From a virus (taxonomy: Duplodnaviria > Heunggongvirae > Uroviricota > Caudoviricetes): DNA of 64,000 nt. Shown here one piece after another: positions 9,825-18,816 of the stretch. A program made the translations under genes and the position numbers. The stretch lies in IMG/VR virus record IMGVR_UViG_2645727901_000008; one strand, written 5' to 3'. The stretch's first letter is position 1, and the number at the start of each line of letters is the position of its first letter. The notes beneath the pieces are model-generated. The model was given only the letters and a program-made list of their open reading frames with translations, did not search any database and was not told the origin of the DNA.

Positions 9825-10448
9825 ATGAAGGATGGTGTAGTGAAGTTAAGGGTTTTAGGGGCCGCGCTCGCGGCTATGTTGGGATGCGTATCTGCTAATA
9901 CTGCCAATGCAACTGCGTTACCTGCACAATTCAGGGCAGGGCAGCAGGTTATGAATAATGCTGGTGGGGATCATTCACAAGCGGCCATTATGGACTTTTG
10001 CAAGAGGGAGGGCATTCCATTACGGCCTGTTGGAACTCAGTTTATTGGTAAAACTGACTTTTGCGTTTTTGCATATACAGCATATCTGACGGACAAAGCT
10101 ATAACAAAAACAGGTTATTCAACCAAAGATACTCTTTCCAGATTAAGTCAGGGATGGCAGCAATTCGAAGTGTATCGCCAGCAAGGATTAGGTGAGTTAT
10201 TGCAACCACTTTTTATGCTTGCGTTGGTGCCCGAGGGGCAGCAATTTTTGGTTAAAAAGGGAATGCTTCGCCAAAGTGATATTGCCGGGTTCGATAGCAT
10301 GATGGCTTATGAGCGCAAACTAACCGAGCAGCGAAATAAAAAACCATCTGCTTCATGTGTGCAAAGTAAAACAGCAGAATACAGTGCAGTAGCCGGGCCT
10401 TTAGCCAAACAAATGGCAGAGCAATGGTGTAAAAAATACGGGCAATAA
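9825..10448 (+). CDS. Secreted protein with N-terminal signal peptide, unknown function
   Basis: LRVLGAALAAMLGCVSANTANA signal-like N-terminus. Confidence 0.5.
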   Translation: MKDGVVKLRVLGAALAAMLGCVSANTANATALPAQFRAGQQVMNNAGGDHSQAAIMDFCKREGIPLRPVGTQFIGKTDFCVFAYTAYLTDKAITKTGYSTKDTLSRLSQGWQQFEVYRQQGLGELLQPLFMLALVPEGQQFLVKKGMLRQSDIAGFDSMMAYERKLTEQRNKKPSASCVQSKTAEYSAVAGPLAKQMAEQWCKKYGQ

Positions 10449-10468
10449 GTTACGCAGCGGAGGCAGAA

Positions 10469-10861
10469 TTGAAAAGATTGACTATTGCTTTACTGGCGTC
10501 TTTCCCTTTGATCGCGAGCGCCGGAAATTTACAAGTTAAGTGCGGTCGGTTTGATATAAAAATCTATCCAGATGCCATATTTCTGAATGGGAATAAGGTT
10601 GATAACGTACACCGAAAAACTAAATCTGACGTAATGAGCTATGTGTTCCAGGAGTATGCGGAGATGGGGGGAACTTACACGCTGTACTCGCTGGATGTTC
10701 CTTCTCGCGGTGATATGACATTATCCCATCAATGGCAGAACGCCGATGGCGAAGCTCTGCGCGAAGTTAAAACAGAAAAATGCGGCACTTTCCATTCTTT
10801 TAAAGGGAAAGTGCCAAATGTTAAATCTGTGCTTGAAAAACAGCGCGCAGGTGATTTTTAA
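10469..10861 (+). CDS. Secreted/periplasmic protein with signal peptide, unknown function
   Basis: MKRLTIALLASFPLIASAG signal-like N-terminus. Confidence 0.55.
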   Translation: MKRLTIALLASFPLIASAGNLQVKCGRFDIKIYPDAIFLNGNKVDNVHRKTKSDVMSYVFQEYAEMGGTYTLYSLDVPSRGDMTLSHQWQNADGEALREVKTEKCGTFHSFKGKVPNVKSVLEKQRAGDF

Positions 10862-10884
10862 ACTGCGTTAGCACTTTGAACATG

Positions 10885-10927
10885 GCGACAACACATCTTG
10901 GTGGCTGCGTTGTCGCTGTATGTTTTT
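10885..10927 (+). terminator. Rho-independent terminator after the two secreted-protein genes
   Basis: GCGACAAC...GTTGTCGC stem followed by TGTATGTTTTT. Confidence 0.5.
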
Positions 10928-10949
10928 ATAATATAAAGCATTAAAGTTT

Positions 10950-11567
10950 TCATTTTTGTCGGATCTTTTCCAGCATATTTAATTCATTATCACTTTCTGC
11001 TGCTGAGACGGTTGGCCTCACATTTCCGAAATATTTCCTGTGAGACTCATGACTTATGTATTCACCGACAGTTTCATTCTTGAATATACGAATTTGACAT
11101 ATGCGAGATCCAACAATAAGTTCTACAGGGCTATTCCCATGATTAAATAACTCTAAAGATATACAGCCTCTGTACCCTGGTTGTATCATGGTATTTAATG
11201 AAAGACCAAGCCTTGTATAGCTGCTTCTGGACAATACATCAGCGTAGCAATCTGGTGGCAAACAAACATATTCTAATGTTGTTGCCAGTACCACTTGATT
11301 CGGGTAAACAATGAATCTATCCCCAAGATCTCTCCTTGTTTCCTGGAAAAATGTTCTGATTGGTTGATGAGTATCATTGTTTTTTGATGGAATTAACTCT
11401 ATTGACGGCTTCCTTGTCATAATAGACACTAAAAAATCGTAACCAAGTCTAAGGTCTATGGTGAAGTTCCCAATTTGGTTTTTATTTAGAAGAGGTTCAA
11501 TGAACAACGACTCAGGTTCTTCTGATTCATAATATTGCAGCAATTCAGCTTTGCTTAGGAGATTCAT
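10950..11567 (-). CDS. dCTP deaminase-fold (Dcd/dUTPase-superfamily) protein
   Basis: IDLRLG, VYPNQVVLATTLEYVCLP, SSYTRLGLSLN and QPGYRGCISLELFNHGNSPVELIVGSRICQIRIF align motif-by-motif with E. coli Dcd as I recall it; ATG at 11567 overlaps upstream stop (ATGA). Confidence 0.65.
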   Translation of the reverse strand: MNLLSKAELLQYYESEEPESLFIEPLLNKNQIGNFTIDLRLGYDFLVSIMTRKPSIELIPSKNNDTHQPIRTFFQETRRDLGDRFIVYPNQVVLATTLEYVCLPPDCYADVLSRSSYTRLGLSLNTMIQPGYRGCISLELFNHGNSPVELIVGSRICQIRIFKNETVGEYISHESHRKYFGNVRPTVSAAESDNELNMLEKIRQK

Positions 11568-12637
11568 TGTGCACTCCATTTTTCAAGAATCATTACGTTT
11601 CGAATCGATTTTTCAACCAAATCATTTATAGTTTTTTCTATGGCTTCTTGTGACAACCCAGACCATATACCCGTAGGTTTTTCCCATTCAGAGCATAAGT
11701 ACTGCCAGCTGCTGTTAATAAAAGCATGCATTTCATTGTGGTCGCGAATAACAAAAGGACGCACATTATCAAAAGCTGATTTCACATCAAGCAAAGGTGT
11801 CGGCAATGTCAAACAAGGAGAAATAATCTGCCCACCATTATGTAAGGCTGATATCACAGCATTGAACATGCCAACAACTGGATTTTCCACTTTGTTCAAA
11901 AAGTCGCTTACAATTTTAACTCTATCTTCTGTGGATGGGTGAGTATAGCTTGCAGGATGAGAGCCAGCTAATTTGTATAAGAAATCTACCCCACTTTTTC
12001 CAATAAATTGGGCACTAAATAGATCTGCAAAATATTCTCTGCAATGATTTATCCAAATAACATCAGGTAGATTACTCCATTCTGGTCCAGGAAGTGTGCC
12101 TTTGTCCTTGGAACGATAGTTAAGACAGGCAAGCTCAGAAATACCTTTGCTAATATCAACGAAATGTCCCAATTCGTGATATAAAGGTATAGAGCATAAT
12201 GGTCGTCTTCTGTACATTTCAGGTAATGAAATCTGAATTAATTCGACATCGAATTTGACATTTAAAACTTCGTCAAATAAAGAATACAAATTCTTGTTTA
12301 CAGACTTAAAATAAAACCCATGCATATCTGGAGATAGGGCTGTGGTTATAAGTGTTTTTTCACTTATCCATTTTTTACAGGCATCATTTAAGCAATAGAC
12401 AATCTCGTAGGGAATTTTCTTTGTAGTACTGCCAGTGAAAAAATTAACTGCATCGGTGATAAAAAAAGTACAATCCGCAATTATTTTATCAGCAACATTC
12501 ACATGGTTTTCATAGAGCTTATCCACCGCTTCTTGTAGAACAGCAAGATATTCATGCATGTCTTTAGAAAAATAGGGAGATTCTGATATCTCCCTTAGCT
12601 TATTTCGAACTAATGTAAGTTGTGTAAATGCAAGCAT
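11564..12637 (-). CDS. HExxH zinc-metallopeptidase-like protein (357 aa)
   Basis: YHELGHFVD motif with downstream acidic/His residues; start ATG overlaps upstream stop by 1 nt. Confidence 0.5.
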   Translation of the reverse strand: MLAFTQLTLVRNKLREISESPYFSKDMHEYLAVLQEAVDKLYENHVNVADKIIADCTFFITDAVNFFTGSTTKKIPYEIVYCLNDACKKWISEKTLITTALSPDMHGFYFKSVNKNLYSLFDEVLNVKFDVELIQISLPEMYRRRPLCSIPLYHELGHFVDISKGISELACLNYRSKDKGTLPGPEWSNLPDVIWINHCREYFADLFSAQFIGKSGVDFLYKLAGSHPASYTHPSTEDRVKIVSDFLNKVENPVVGMFNAVISALHNGGQIISPCLTLPTPLLDVKSAFDNVRPFVIRDHNEMHAFINSSWQYLCSEWEKPTGIWSGLSQEAIEKTINDLVEKSIRNVMILEKWSAQ

Positions 12638-12942
12638 TAAATGTACTCTAATACATTCCGGGCCATTACGGGTTCTAACATATCTTCGCTAGTTACTTTG
12701 GTTAGCACCTGGGCGAGCGCCTTAGTGTGGCGTATCTCTACCGCGAGCGAGATGGACTCTCTGTGAGAAGGAATCTGTAATTGATCACCTTTATCTACAC
12801 TTAAGTTTGAGGCTTCTCTGATCACCTCATAAACCCGTAACTTTAACTGCTGTGACACTTCTTGTTGAGATGCTATAAGCTGAAGTACAGTCTTGATCAA
12901 CTTCAAAGAATCAGAAGCTTGCTGAGGAACCGCATAGAGCAT
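12637..12942 (-). CDS. Small helical protein (101 aa), first gene of the three-gene cassette
   Basis: ATG at 12942 with GGAGGGG RBS; coupled to the next gene. Confidence 0.5.
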   Translation of the reverse strand: MLYAVPQQASDSLKLIKTVLQLIASQQEVSQQLKLRVYEVIREASNLSVDKGDQLQIPSHRESISLAVEIRHTKALAQVLTKVTSEDMLEPVMARNVLEYI

Positions 12943-13077
12943 AACCCCTCCTTTCCCTTATCTATAACCGCTTTCTTTTTTCTGTGTATGTTAAAAGTAG
13001 AAGCGGTTTTTACCTTTTGTAATATATATAGTGTCTAAAACTAACTTTGGCACTATATATGGCATGATATCTATGTT

Positions 13078-13123
13078 TTAAAGACACAAAAGCTCTGTTA
13101 AAACAGAGCTTTTGTGTCTTTAA
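13078..13123. repeat. Perfect 17-bp-stem palindrome AAGACACAAAAGCTCTG-TTAAAA-CAGAGCTTTTGTGTCTT upstream of the three-gene cassette
   Basis: Read directly from sequence; no flanking U-tract on either strand. Confidence 0.6.
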
Positions 13124-13267
13124 CTTGATCATTTTCTCGCTGAAGTGTATGTCAGGCTTAGCTCATAATCAAGTTGCTTCCAAGCTAAAAATGAGCTAGC
13201 TCCCTGAAACACTAAGAGCGGGGTGTTTCATTTATTAGCGTTGGGCCTGACGGTGTGTAGGTGAATT

Positions 13268-13555
13268 TTAGCTCATTACTCGATAACGACGGGGAATGGA
13301 ATTCTCCATCAGGCCACGAATTACTCCCGCCTCACGTAGTTCCTCTGTCTCCCAGTATCTGTTTGTCACCAGATCGAGGCTGGCTATGACCTTGTGCCGG
13401 TCATTCGGCATAGCTAATTTTTCTGCTATAACCATCAGTGAAAACTCTTCATCCAGTAGAATTTGATAGCAGTTTTTTGATAGTTCCACTTCCCTTATGA
13501 GACTGAAACGTCGCTGGATTGTGGCAGTAGAGTAAGTGAAATCTATTTTCTTCAT
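13268..13555 (-). CDS. Hypothetical protein (95 aa)
   Basis: ORF in track; no motif recognised. Confidence 0.4.
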   Translation of the reverse strand: MKKIDFTYSTATIQRRFSLIREVELSKNCYQILLDEEFSLMVIAEKLAMPNDRHKVIASLDLVTNRYWETEELREAGVIRGLMENSIPRRYRVMS

Positions 13556-13574
13556 CGTGCGGAGAATCCGATTA

Positions 13575-13600
13575 TTTAGCAGTTAAAGCCCCGGACAGGC
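13575..13600 (-). terminator. GC-rich hairpin (GCCCCGG-ACAG-CCGGGGC) after antirepressor-like gene
   Basis: Hairpin read from sequence; near-identical hairpin follows the second copy at 51537-51555. Confidence 0.4.
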
Positions 13601-13614
13601 CGGGGCAACAGTAA

Positions 13615-14541
13615 TTAACTAACAATCCAGTCCATAGCAACCATATCCTCTGGCGCTAAATCAATAGCATGGATTTTCCCATCCCGGATAGTGCGCCAGT
13701 GCTTCCTTGATCCGCCTTCGGGCCATACCCATACACCTTCAGACCATGAGGCGCGACGGCATACCGTTGCATATCCACTTCTGATCTTCTCTCTGGCGGT
13801 ATGCAGTGACAGATTATCTTTTGGGATTTCCGGTAAAGGATGATGGATTGCCTGAAACAGCCCCATCTTGGGATGATACCAGCGTTTGTTGCGTGGTTCT
13901 GCCTCCGACATAACCTGCTTGAAGGCTTTCTGGAAGGGGGCCAGGGCCACAATGGAGCGTCGCGCAAGCAAACCATCTGGAGTTAAAAACTCATGCGTAT
14001 CGGTGGGAATCCGGAAAGCGTTAACCAGGTTGCGACATTTGGCTTCGGTCAGGCCACATTTCGCCGCCAGCTGGCGGTAGCCAATGTAGCCTTCCGGAAT
14101 ATTGCCTTTCTTTATTTGCTCGAGTGTTTCAGCGACCATCGATACTTGTGCTGATACCTCGGCTACCTGGGCATTTACGGCGTTGATCCGGCGTTCATGC
14201 TCAAGATGCATTTGCGCCATTTCAGCCAGGATTTCGGCTTTTGATTTTAACTGTACCCGGGCATTCTCCAGTTCGCGCCAGCGGTCCACCAGCCGGGCGG
14301 TGAATTCGGGAGAGAGCTGCGCGACGACGACAATACTATCGCGCTTGCCTTGCTCGCCTTCGAAGACGTAATAGCTCGCCGGGCGGCCTGCGGTGGGCTT
14401 TTCCTCAATTTGAGGAAAAGATATTACGCCCCGTTCCGCCAGGTGTTCAATGGTGCGTTTAACGTTATCAGGGCGCTTACCTACCAGTTCCGCGATCTCA
14501 ATGCTGGTCATTGTCGCTTTTTGAGAGATGGACAGATTCAT
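13615..14541 (-). CDS. Rha-family regulator / antirepressor-like protein with C-terminal DUF2829-like extension (fused form)
   Basis: N-terminus MTSIEIAELVGKRPDNVKRTIE is Rha-like; C-terminus homologous to the separate 66-aa ORF at 51564-51764; start overlaps upstream stop. Confidence 0.65.
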   Translation of the reverse strand: MNLSISQKATMTSIEIAELVGKRPDNVKRTIEHLAERGVISFPQIEEKPTAGRPASYYVFEGEQGKRDSIVVVAQLSPEFTARLVDRWRELENARVQLKSKAEILAEMAQMHLEHERRINAVNAQVAEVSAQVSMVAETLEQIKKGNIPEGYIGYRQLAAKCGLTEAKCRNLVNAFRIPTDTHEFLTPDGLLARRSIVALAPFQKAFKQVMSEAEPRNKRWYHPKMGLFQAIHHPLPEIPKDNLSLHTAREKIRSGYATVCRRASWSEGVWVWPEGGSRKHWRTIRDGKIHAIDLAPEDMVAMDWIVS

Positions 14542-14756
14542 CAGTGCGCCTCCACGCAGTTCATCGGCAGATTCCAGTAATTGAGGATCTCCATCGCATC
14601 AAGAGTGAAGCGAGCAGCAAAAATGCAGGGTTCTTCGGGAAGGTATGAGCGCGCCTCTGCTTCGGTAGCAGCCATGACGCAGATATACAGGTGTTTTTGG
14701 CAGGAATAGAAACGCCAGATAAATTCAGAATGAGTTGGGGTAGGGATAGTAGCCAT
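14541..14756 (-). CDS. Icd-like small protein (assigned by position upstream of the antirepressor-like gene)
   Basis: 71 aa; AAGGAGG RBS; paralog of ORF at 52468-52692; same order as P1 icd-ant. Confidence 0.4.
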   Translation of the reverse strand: MATIPTPTHSEFIWRFYSCQKHLYICVMAATEAEARSYLPEEPCIFAARFTLDAMEILNYWNLPMNCVEAH

Positions 14757-15067
14757 ATTGGCAGCCTCCTTTGACTAAGTTAAGGAGCTACCGCGTGAGG
14801 TTCCAATCTCAATGGCGGTAGCACTGACTGGGTTGGAACTACCGGCGTCAAAGGGAACCGGCCTGCCTTTCGGCAGCCCAGCCAGCACTACCATTGATCT
14901 CTGAGCTAAACGCTACGTATGGCTGTGCGATGGCATGACACAAAAAAAGACGCTTTCGGCGTCTGTGTCGCCTTTGACATTATCCGGGGTTCCAATCCCG
15001 GCACCCGTTTTTCTAAGGTGCCGTAGAAATATACCCCACGATAATGCCAGGGCGCAACAGTCAGTAT

Positions 15068-15238
15068 TTTATGCTTTGGCGGATTTCTTCCGGGCTTGCT
15101 TGCAGGCGTAGGCCATTGCTTTAGCTTTCACTTCATCCAGCTTCCCGGTGATCGCTTCTTTTCCGAGAGTGACAAACCAGTCATAGCAACCGCCAGTGAT
15201 GTTCTGGATTTGAAAGTTGAGGTAGCGAACGGTCATTT
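15068..15238 (-). CDS. Possible small protein (about 56 aa)
   Basis: Minus-strand ORF with GGGGTG RBS; below ORF-track cut-off. Confidence 0.2.
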
Positions 15239-15567
15239 TGACACCCCCAGCGCGAGTAAAGAATGCAGATTATCGCGTGAGTGGCGGACAACGAGTGATG
15301 GGAAAAGACAGTAGCTGTTCATAGTGTAGTGACTCCTTGCTTTCGGAGCCGCCATCGACTGTTCCACGGTCTGGTGGCGGCGCAATAAAGGCTGGAACAC
15401 CGTGAGTCAACGGGGGCTTTTCAGCCACCTATATTGCACCGCCATAGGTATAGCGGCGGCAATAATACGAAAAACTAAACAGTTTGTCTCAAAAAGTTGA
15501 CCGGTGTGCCAATCGGTAGTGAATGTACATCGGAGAAATTTACAATTCAACTTAAAATGTTAGAAAA

Positions 15568-16146
15568 CTAATTTATCAATTCAATCGCCATCTGATACAA
15601 CGTCATTTCATCGGCATTGTGCCGCATGAAATCTGCTTTTCCGCCTATTTTTCCGTCAGCATGAACAGGGACCAGCCAGGGATATTGTTCTCGGACCTCG
15701 GCTGGCGCTGCGTACTGGTGGTGCCATTTACACAAAGGGAGGACATATTTATGCGCGTTCTCTGCCGTTCTCCCGAAGATATGGTGCAGGGATACTACTG
15801 GGCTATGTTGTCCGTGAATATGGCAGGCAATGCAGGGGAGAGTACCGATAGCGGTCTGTATCCGGCGTTCATCAGCTGTGAGTGATCTGCCCTTCAGGCC
15901 GCGTGACGTGCGTGTTTTTTTGGGCGGAGCGGATACAGCTTTATCTTTTCTCCGCTGTTCATATTGCTTTGCTTTTTCAATTTTCTTTTGCCGATATTCA
16001 GGCGATGCGGCTTTTTCTCTCGCTCGCTGCTGCTGGCGTTGAGCTTGTTGAAGGCGCTTTGCCCTTTGTTCCTCTCGCCAGGCCGGGTCAGCCAATTTTT
16101 GCATGGCTTTTTGTCTCTGTTTCTCCCAATAGCTCTGTTTCTGCAT
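15568..16146 (-). CDS. ref: Ref-like HNH endonuclease (recombination enhancement function)
   Basis: Basic N-terminal region plus CIACHIHG...SLHHI...CKWHHQYAAPAEVREQYPWLVPVHADG as in P1 Ref. Confidence 0.8.
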   Translation of the reverse strand: MQKQSYWEKQRQKAMQKLADPAWREEQRAKRLQQAQRQQQRAREKAASPEYRQKKIEKAKQYEQRRKDKAVSAPPKKTRTSRGLKGRSLTADERRIQTAIGTLPCIACHIHGQHSPVVSLHHIFGRTAENAHKYVLPLCKWHHQYAAPAEVREQYPWLVPVHADGKIGGKADFMRHNADEMTLYQMAIELIN

Positions 16147-16194
16147 GATGGCAGTCTCTTACTTTTCAATGATTTTTCTATGATTGATCAAAAC

Positions 16195-16224
16195 TGTTAG
16201 ATATTCAAAATTGATTTTCTAACA
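16195..16224. promoter_or_regulatory. Palindromic site TGTTAGA-N16-TCTAACA in the divergent region upstream of ref
   Basis: Read from sequence; about 50 bp upstream of the ref ATG. Confidence 0.5.
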
Positions 16225-16263
16225 CAAAACATTAATATCATTCCTGATAACTGTTTGGAGGAC

Positions 16264-16419
16264 ATGATGCTTATAGCTTTAAGTGCGATCCACCAGCCAT
16301 CTGTGAATGAAATTGGCCTGTTCTATGTGTTGTTTTTCGGGGCGTTGGCGCTACTTGAGCTTGGTATTGAGCTTTTCGCAGTGCTTATGTTTTGCGTCAC
16401 GATTTTGGGGAAATTTTGA
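16264..16419 (+). CDS. Small hydrophobic protein (about 51 aa)
   Basis: ATG at 16264; translation MMLIALSAIHQPSVNEIGLFYVLFFGALALLELGIELFAVLMFCVTILGKF. Confidence 0.3.
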   Translation: MMLIALSAIHQPSVNEIGLFYVLFFGALALLELGIELFAVLMFCVTILGKF

Positions 16420-17042
16420 TGGTGAAACGAGTTTTGAAAATTTACATCGCGGGGCCGATGACTGGTTATCCAGATTACAACCGTGCTGCGTTTAATGCGA
16501 AAGCGAGCGAGCTGATGGCTGAAGGGCATATCGTTCTGAATCCAGCTGTGTTACCTGGTGGCCTTTGTCAGAGTGAATACATGGATATTTGCCTGGCAAT
16601 GGTGCGTTCTGCTGATGCGATCTACTTGCTCAATCGATGGGAGGAATCGATTGGTGCTCGTGCAGAGCACGCGCTGGCTGAAAAGCTGGGGCTGACTGTA
16701 ATTTATGAATCACCAACCAACATTGAATGCCAGGTTGCTCCGCATATTTACCGGGAACTGGTCAATGCGTTACGTGATGTTGCTATTGAATGTCACGGCA
16801 CGGATCAGCTTCGCGCTCGCTTAAGCCAAACCCTTTCCAGTTACCTGTCTTTGGCTGAAGGATACAACCTCCGACAGCGAAGAATGGTCAAATTAATCAC
16901 TCTTTTATCGCAATCCCTTGCAAATGCTGAACCAACCAATCCGCTACCTGGTGACGCAATGAATTATCTGAAGTCATGCGGTGTTGTTTCTGAAGATGCA
17001 GTTCGTTTTGTGGAGTTTATGTCTCGGAGGATGTCGGCGTGA
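16419..17042 (+). CDS. DUF4406 / nucleoside 2-deoxyribosyltransferase-like protein
   Basis: N-terminal IYIAGPMTGYPDYN motif; C-terminal HIYRELVNALRD segment repeated in ORF 25135-25758. Confidence 0.5.
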   Translation: MVKRVLKIYIAGPMTGYPDYNRAAFNAKASELMAEGHIVLNPAVLPGGLCQSEYMDICLAMVRSADAIYLLNRWEESIGARAEHALAEKLGLTVIYESPTNIECQVAPHIYRELVNALRDVAIECHGTDQLRARLSQTLSSYLSLAEGYNLRQRRMVKLITLLSQSLANAEPTNPLPGDAMNYLKSCGVVSEDAVRFVEFMSRRMSA

Positions 17043-17356
17043 GCTGGCGGGGATGGGGAAGGGCAGAAATCATGATACTCCGCCAGTGCGCCGGAACTAT
17101 GACGGTAGAGAGTATTGGGAAGCTGATCGGTCGTACCGGTGATGCCGTCAGGACTAAAGCGCGGGAGCTGGGGATCAGCATGATTCTGAAAGGAGACTTT
17201 CATCCGTCAGCCAAATACCGGCAGAGCGATATAGAACTGGCACGGCAGCTTCATCAGTGTGGTGTTCCCCGCCGTGAGATCGCGGAAAAACTCGAAATGC
17301 CCCTGGGCATGATTAATCAGTACGTTTATTTCGAAAGGAGAGTACATGAAGTCTGA
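17039..17356 (+). CDS. Hypothetical small protein, possible HTH
   Basis: ORF in a tightly packed plus-strand array. Confidence 0.4.
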   Translation: MSWRGWGRAEIMILRQCAGTMTVESIGKLIGRTGDAVRTKARELGISMILKGDFHPSAKYRQSDIELARQLHQCGVPRREIAEKLEMPLGMINQYVYFERRVHEV

Positions 17357-17771
17357 AGGTTTAACGCCAGAGCAACTGGCGGAGCGTAACGCTCAGTATG
17401 TGACGGAAATTTCCCGTCTTGAGAAAGAGCGCGCGGCGCTGGCGGCGGAGAATGCAGGGCTAAAGGCGATATGTGATGACTGTCGCAGGTTCATCATGAA
17501 TGGTGTGCAGATGGGTTATATCAAGGTGCCAACAGCGGAAACAGATCCAGACCTTGAGACAATACGTATTGCTATATCACCACAAAAGCCCATTCCAGCC
17601 ACCGATGCTTTTCTGGCTGAAGTCCGGGCACAGGGATTGGAGATGTTTGCTCAGAAATGTAACTCAAAATCAGAACAGTCGATTGCATCTGATATACGCG
17701 ATAACTGGAAACTACTCGGTGAACATGCCACTGACTTTGCCGCAGAGCTTCGCAAGGGAGGGAAACAGTGA
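17346..17771 (+). CDS. Hypothetical protein (141 aa)
   Basis: ORF in packed array. Confidence 0.45.
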   Translation: MKSEGLTPEQLAERNAQYVTEISRLEKERAALAAENAGLKAICDDCRRFIMNGVQMGYIKVPTAETDPDLETIRIAISPQKPIPATDAFLAEVRAQGLEMFAQKCNSKSEQSIASDIRDNWKLLGEHATDFAAELRKGGKQ

Positions 17772-18016
17772 GTAATTCAGCACGACTACAGCTTGGTTTT
17801 TCACCGCTATCAAAAACCATCGTGTTGGCAAAAATGCGTGACTTAGGGGATGGAACAAAACGTCGTGTTGGCAATGATCGCGGTCGTGATGTAACCAACG
17901 AGGCCGCTCAACTCGTCTGGCATCTGGTCATGGCAGAAGGCGGTGAAATTAATTGGGAGCTGGATGATGGTTCGCGCATGGTATTGAAGGCAGAAAAGCA
18001 GGAGCCACCACAGTGA
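17768..18016 (+). CDS. Hypothetical protein (82 aa)
   Basis: ORF in packed array with overlapping stop/start. Confidence 0.35.
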   Translation: MSNSARLQLGFSPLSKTIVLAKMRDLGDGTKRRVGNDRGRDVTNEAAQLVWHLVMAEGGEINWELDDGSRMVLKAEKQEPPQ

Positions 18017-18306
18017 ATATCGACACCACGATAACGATCGATACGGCCCTCAACACAGGTTTGGCCCTGCTCGGTTGGTTTTACATCATGTTCAGTGCGG
18101 GGAAGTGGGCGGCCTCTGTTTTTCTAAAGCAGTGGGGAAAGCGCCGCAAACAGGAGATACGCCAGAAAGCGTTAGAGGCGTTCTATGACGCCTTTGAACT
18201 TAGCCGCATTGAGCCTGGCACAACAGCCAGGGTAGCAACAAAAGATGACCTGATGATCGTGATGTTCCGACAGGAGAAAGCAAATGGCAGCAAAGCGAAT
18301 GACTAA
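18013..18306 (+). CDS. Hypothetical membrane protein (97 aa)
   Basis: Hydrophobic segment LALLGWFYIMF. Confidence 0.4.
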   Translation: MNIDTTITIDTALNTGLALLGWFYIMFSAGKWAASVFLKQWGKRRKQEIRQKALEAFYDAFELSRIEPGTTARVATKDDLMIVMFRQEKANGSKAND

Positions 18307-18508
18307 TCGCGAACTTGTTGATGCCGCGATTGAACTTGCTGGCGATTTTTATTCCATGATGGGGTACACGCATCGCCCAGGCTTCAAATATTGGGAGTCT
18401 CCGCACCCGCAAGAGCAACGGGTATTTCAAATGGCCTGTCGCGCTTTTGAAGTTATTCGCGGTTCTGATGTGATGGACGCGATTGCTGATTTGGAGGATG
18501 AAGAGTGA
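18284..18508 (+). CDS. Hypothetical protein (74 aa)
   Basis: ORF in packed array. Confidence 0.35.
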   Translation: MAAKRMTNRELVDAAIELAGDFYSMMGYTHRPGFKYWESPHPQEQRVFQMACRAFEVIRGSDVMDAIADLEDEE

Positions 18509-18816
18509 ACACAATTAAAGAAATGCCGGTAGAACGTGATGAATATGGCTGCTGGACACATCCGGAGTATGAGAAGTTTTGCGCAGGTCGTGAATATATT
18601 TCCACTGAGGAATTTGACGCCTGGATGAAGGAAAATAATCTTCAGTGGACTATTCGCAGTATGGATGAAGATGATTTTGATCTGGACGCAGCTGGTCCCG
18701 ATATTGCCGCCTGGGAACCGGAGCGACCAGAAGGTGAAGGCTGGTTTGTTGGCTCTATTCATGACACTGAAGATGGTCCAGTTTGTATCTGGCTGCGGGA
18801 GAAGGTTGCCGCATGA
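18505..18816 (+). CDS. Hypothetical protein (103 aa)
   Basis: ORF in packed array. Confidence 0.4.
   Translation: MNTIKEMPVERDEYGCWTHPEYEKFCAGREYISTEEFDAWMKENNLQWTIRSMDEDDFDLDAAGPDIAAWEPERPEGEGWFVGSIHDTEDGPVCIWLREKVAA

Noticed and set aside
13078-13123. Calling the long palindrome a rho-independent terminator
   Set aside because: No U-tract follows the stem on either strand, so it is reported as a palindrome of unknown function instead.
15096-15314. 72-aa plus-strand ORF
   Set aside because: Poor start context; the opposite strand holds a slightly more plausible short ORF (15068-15238) with an RBS. Both remain uncertain.
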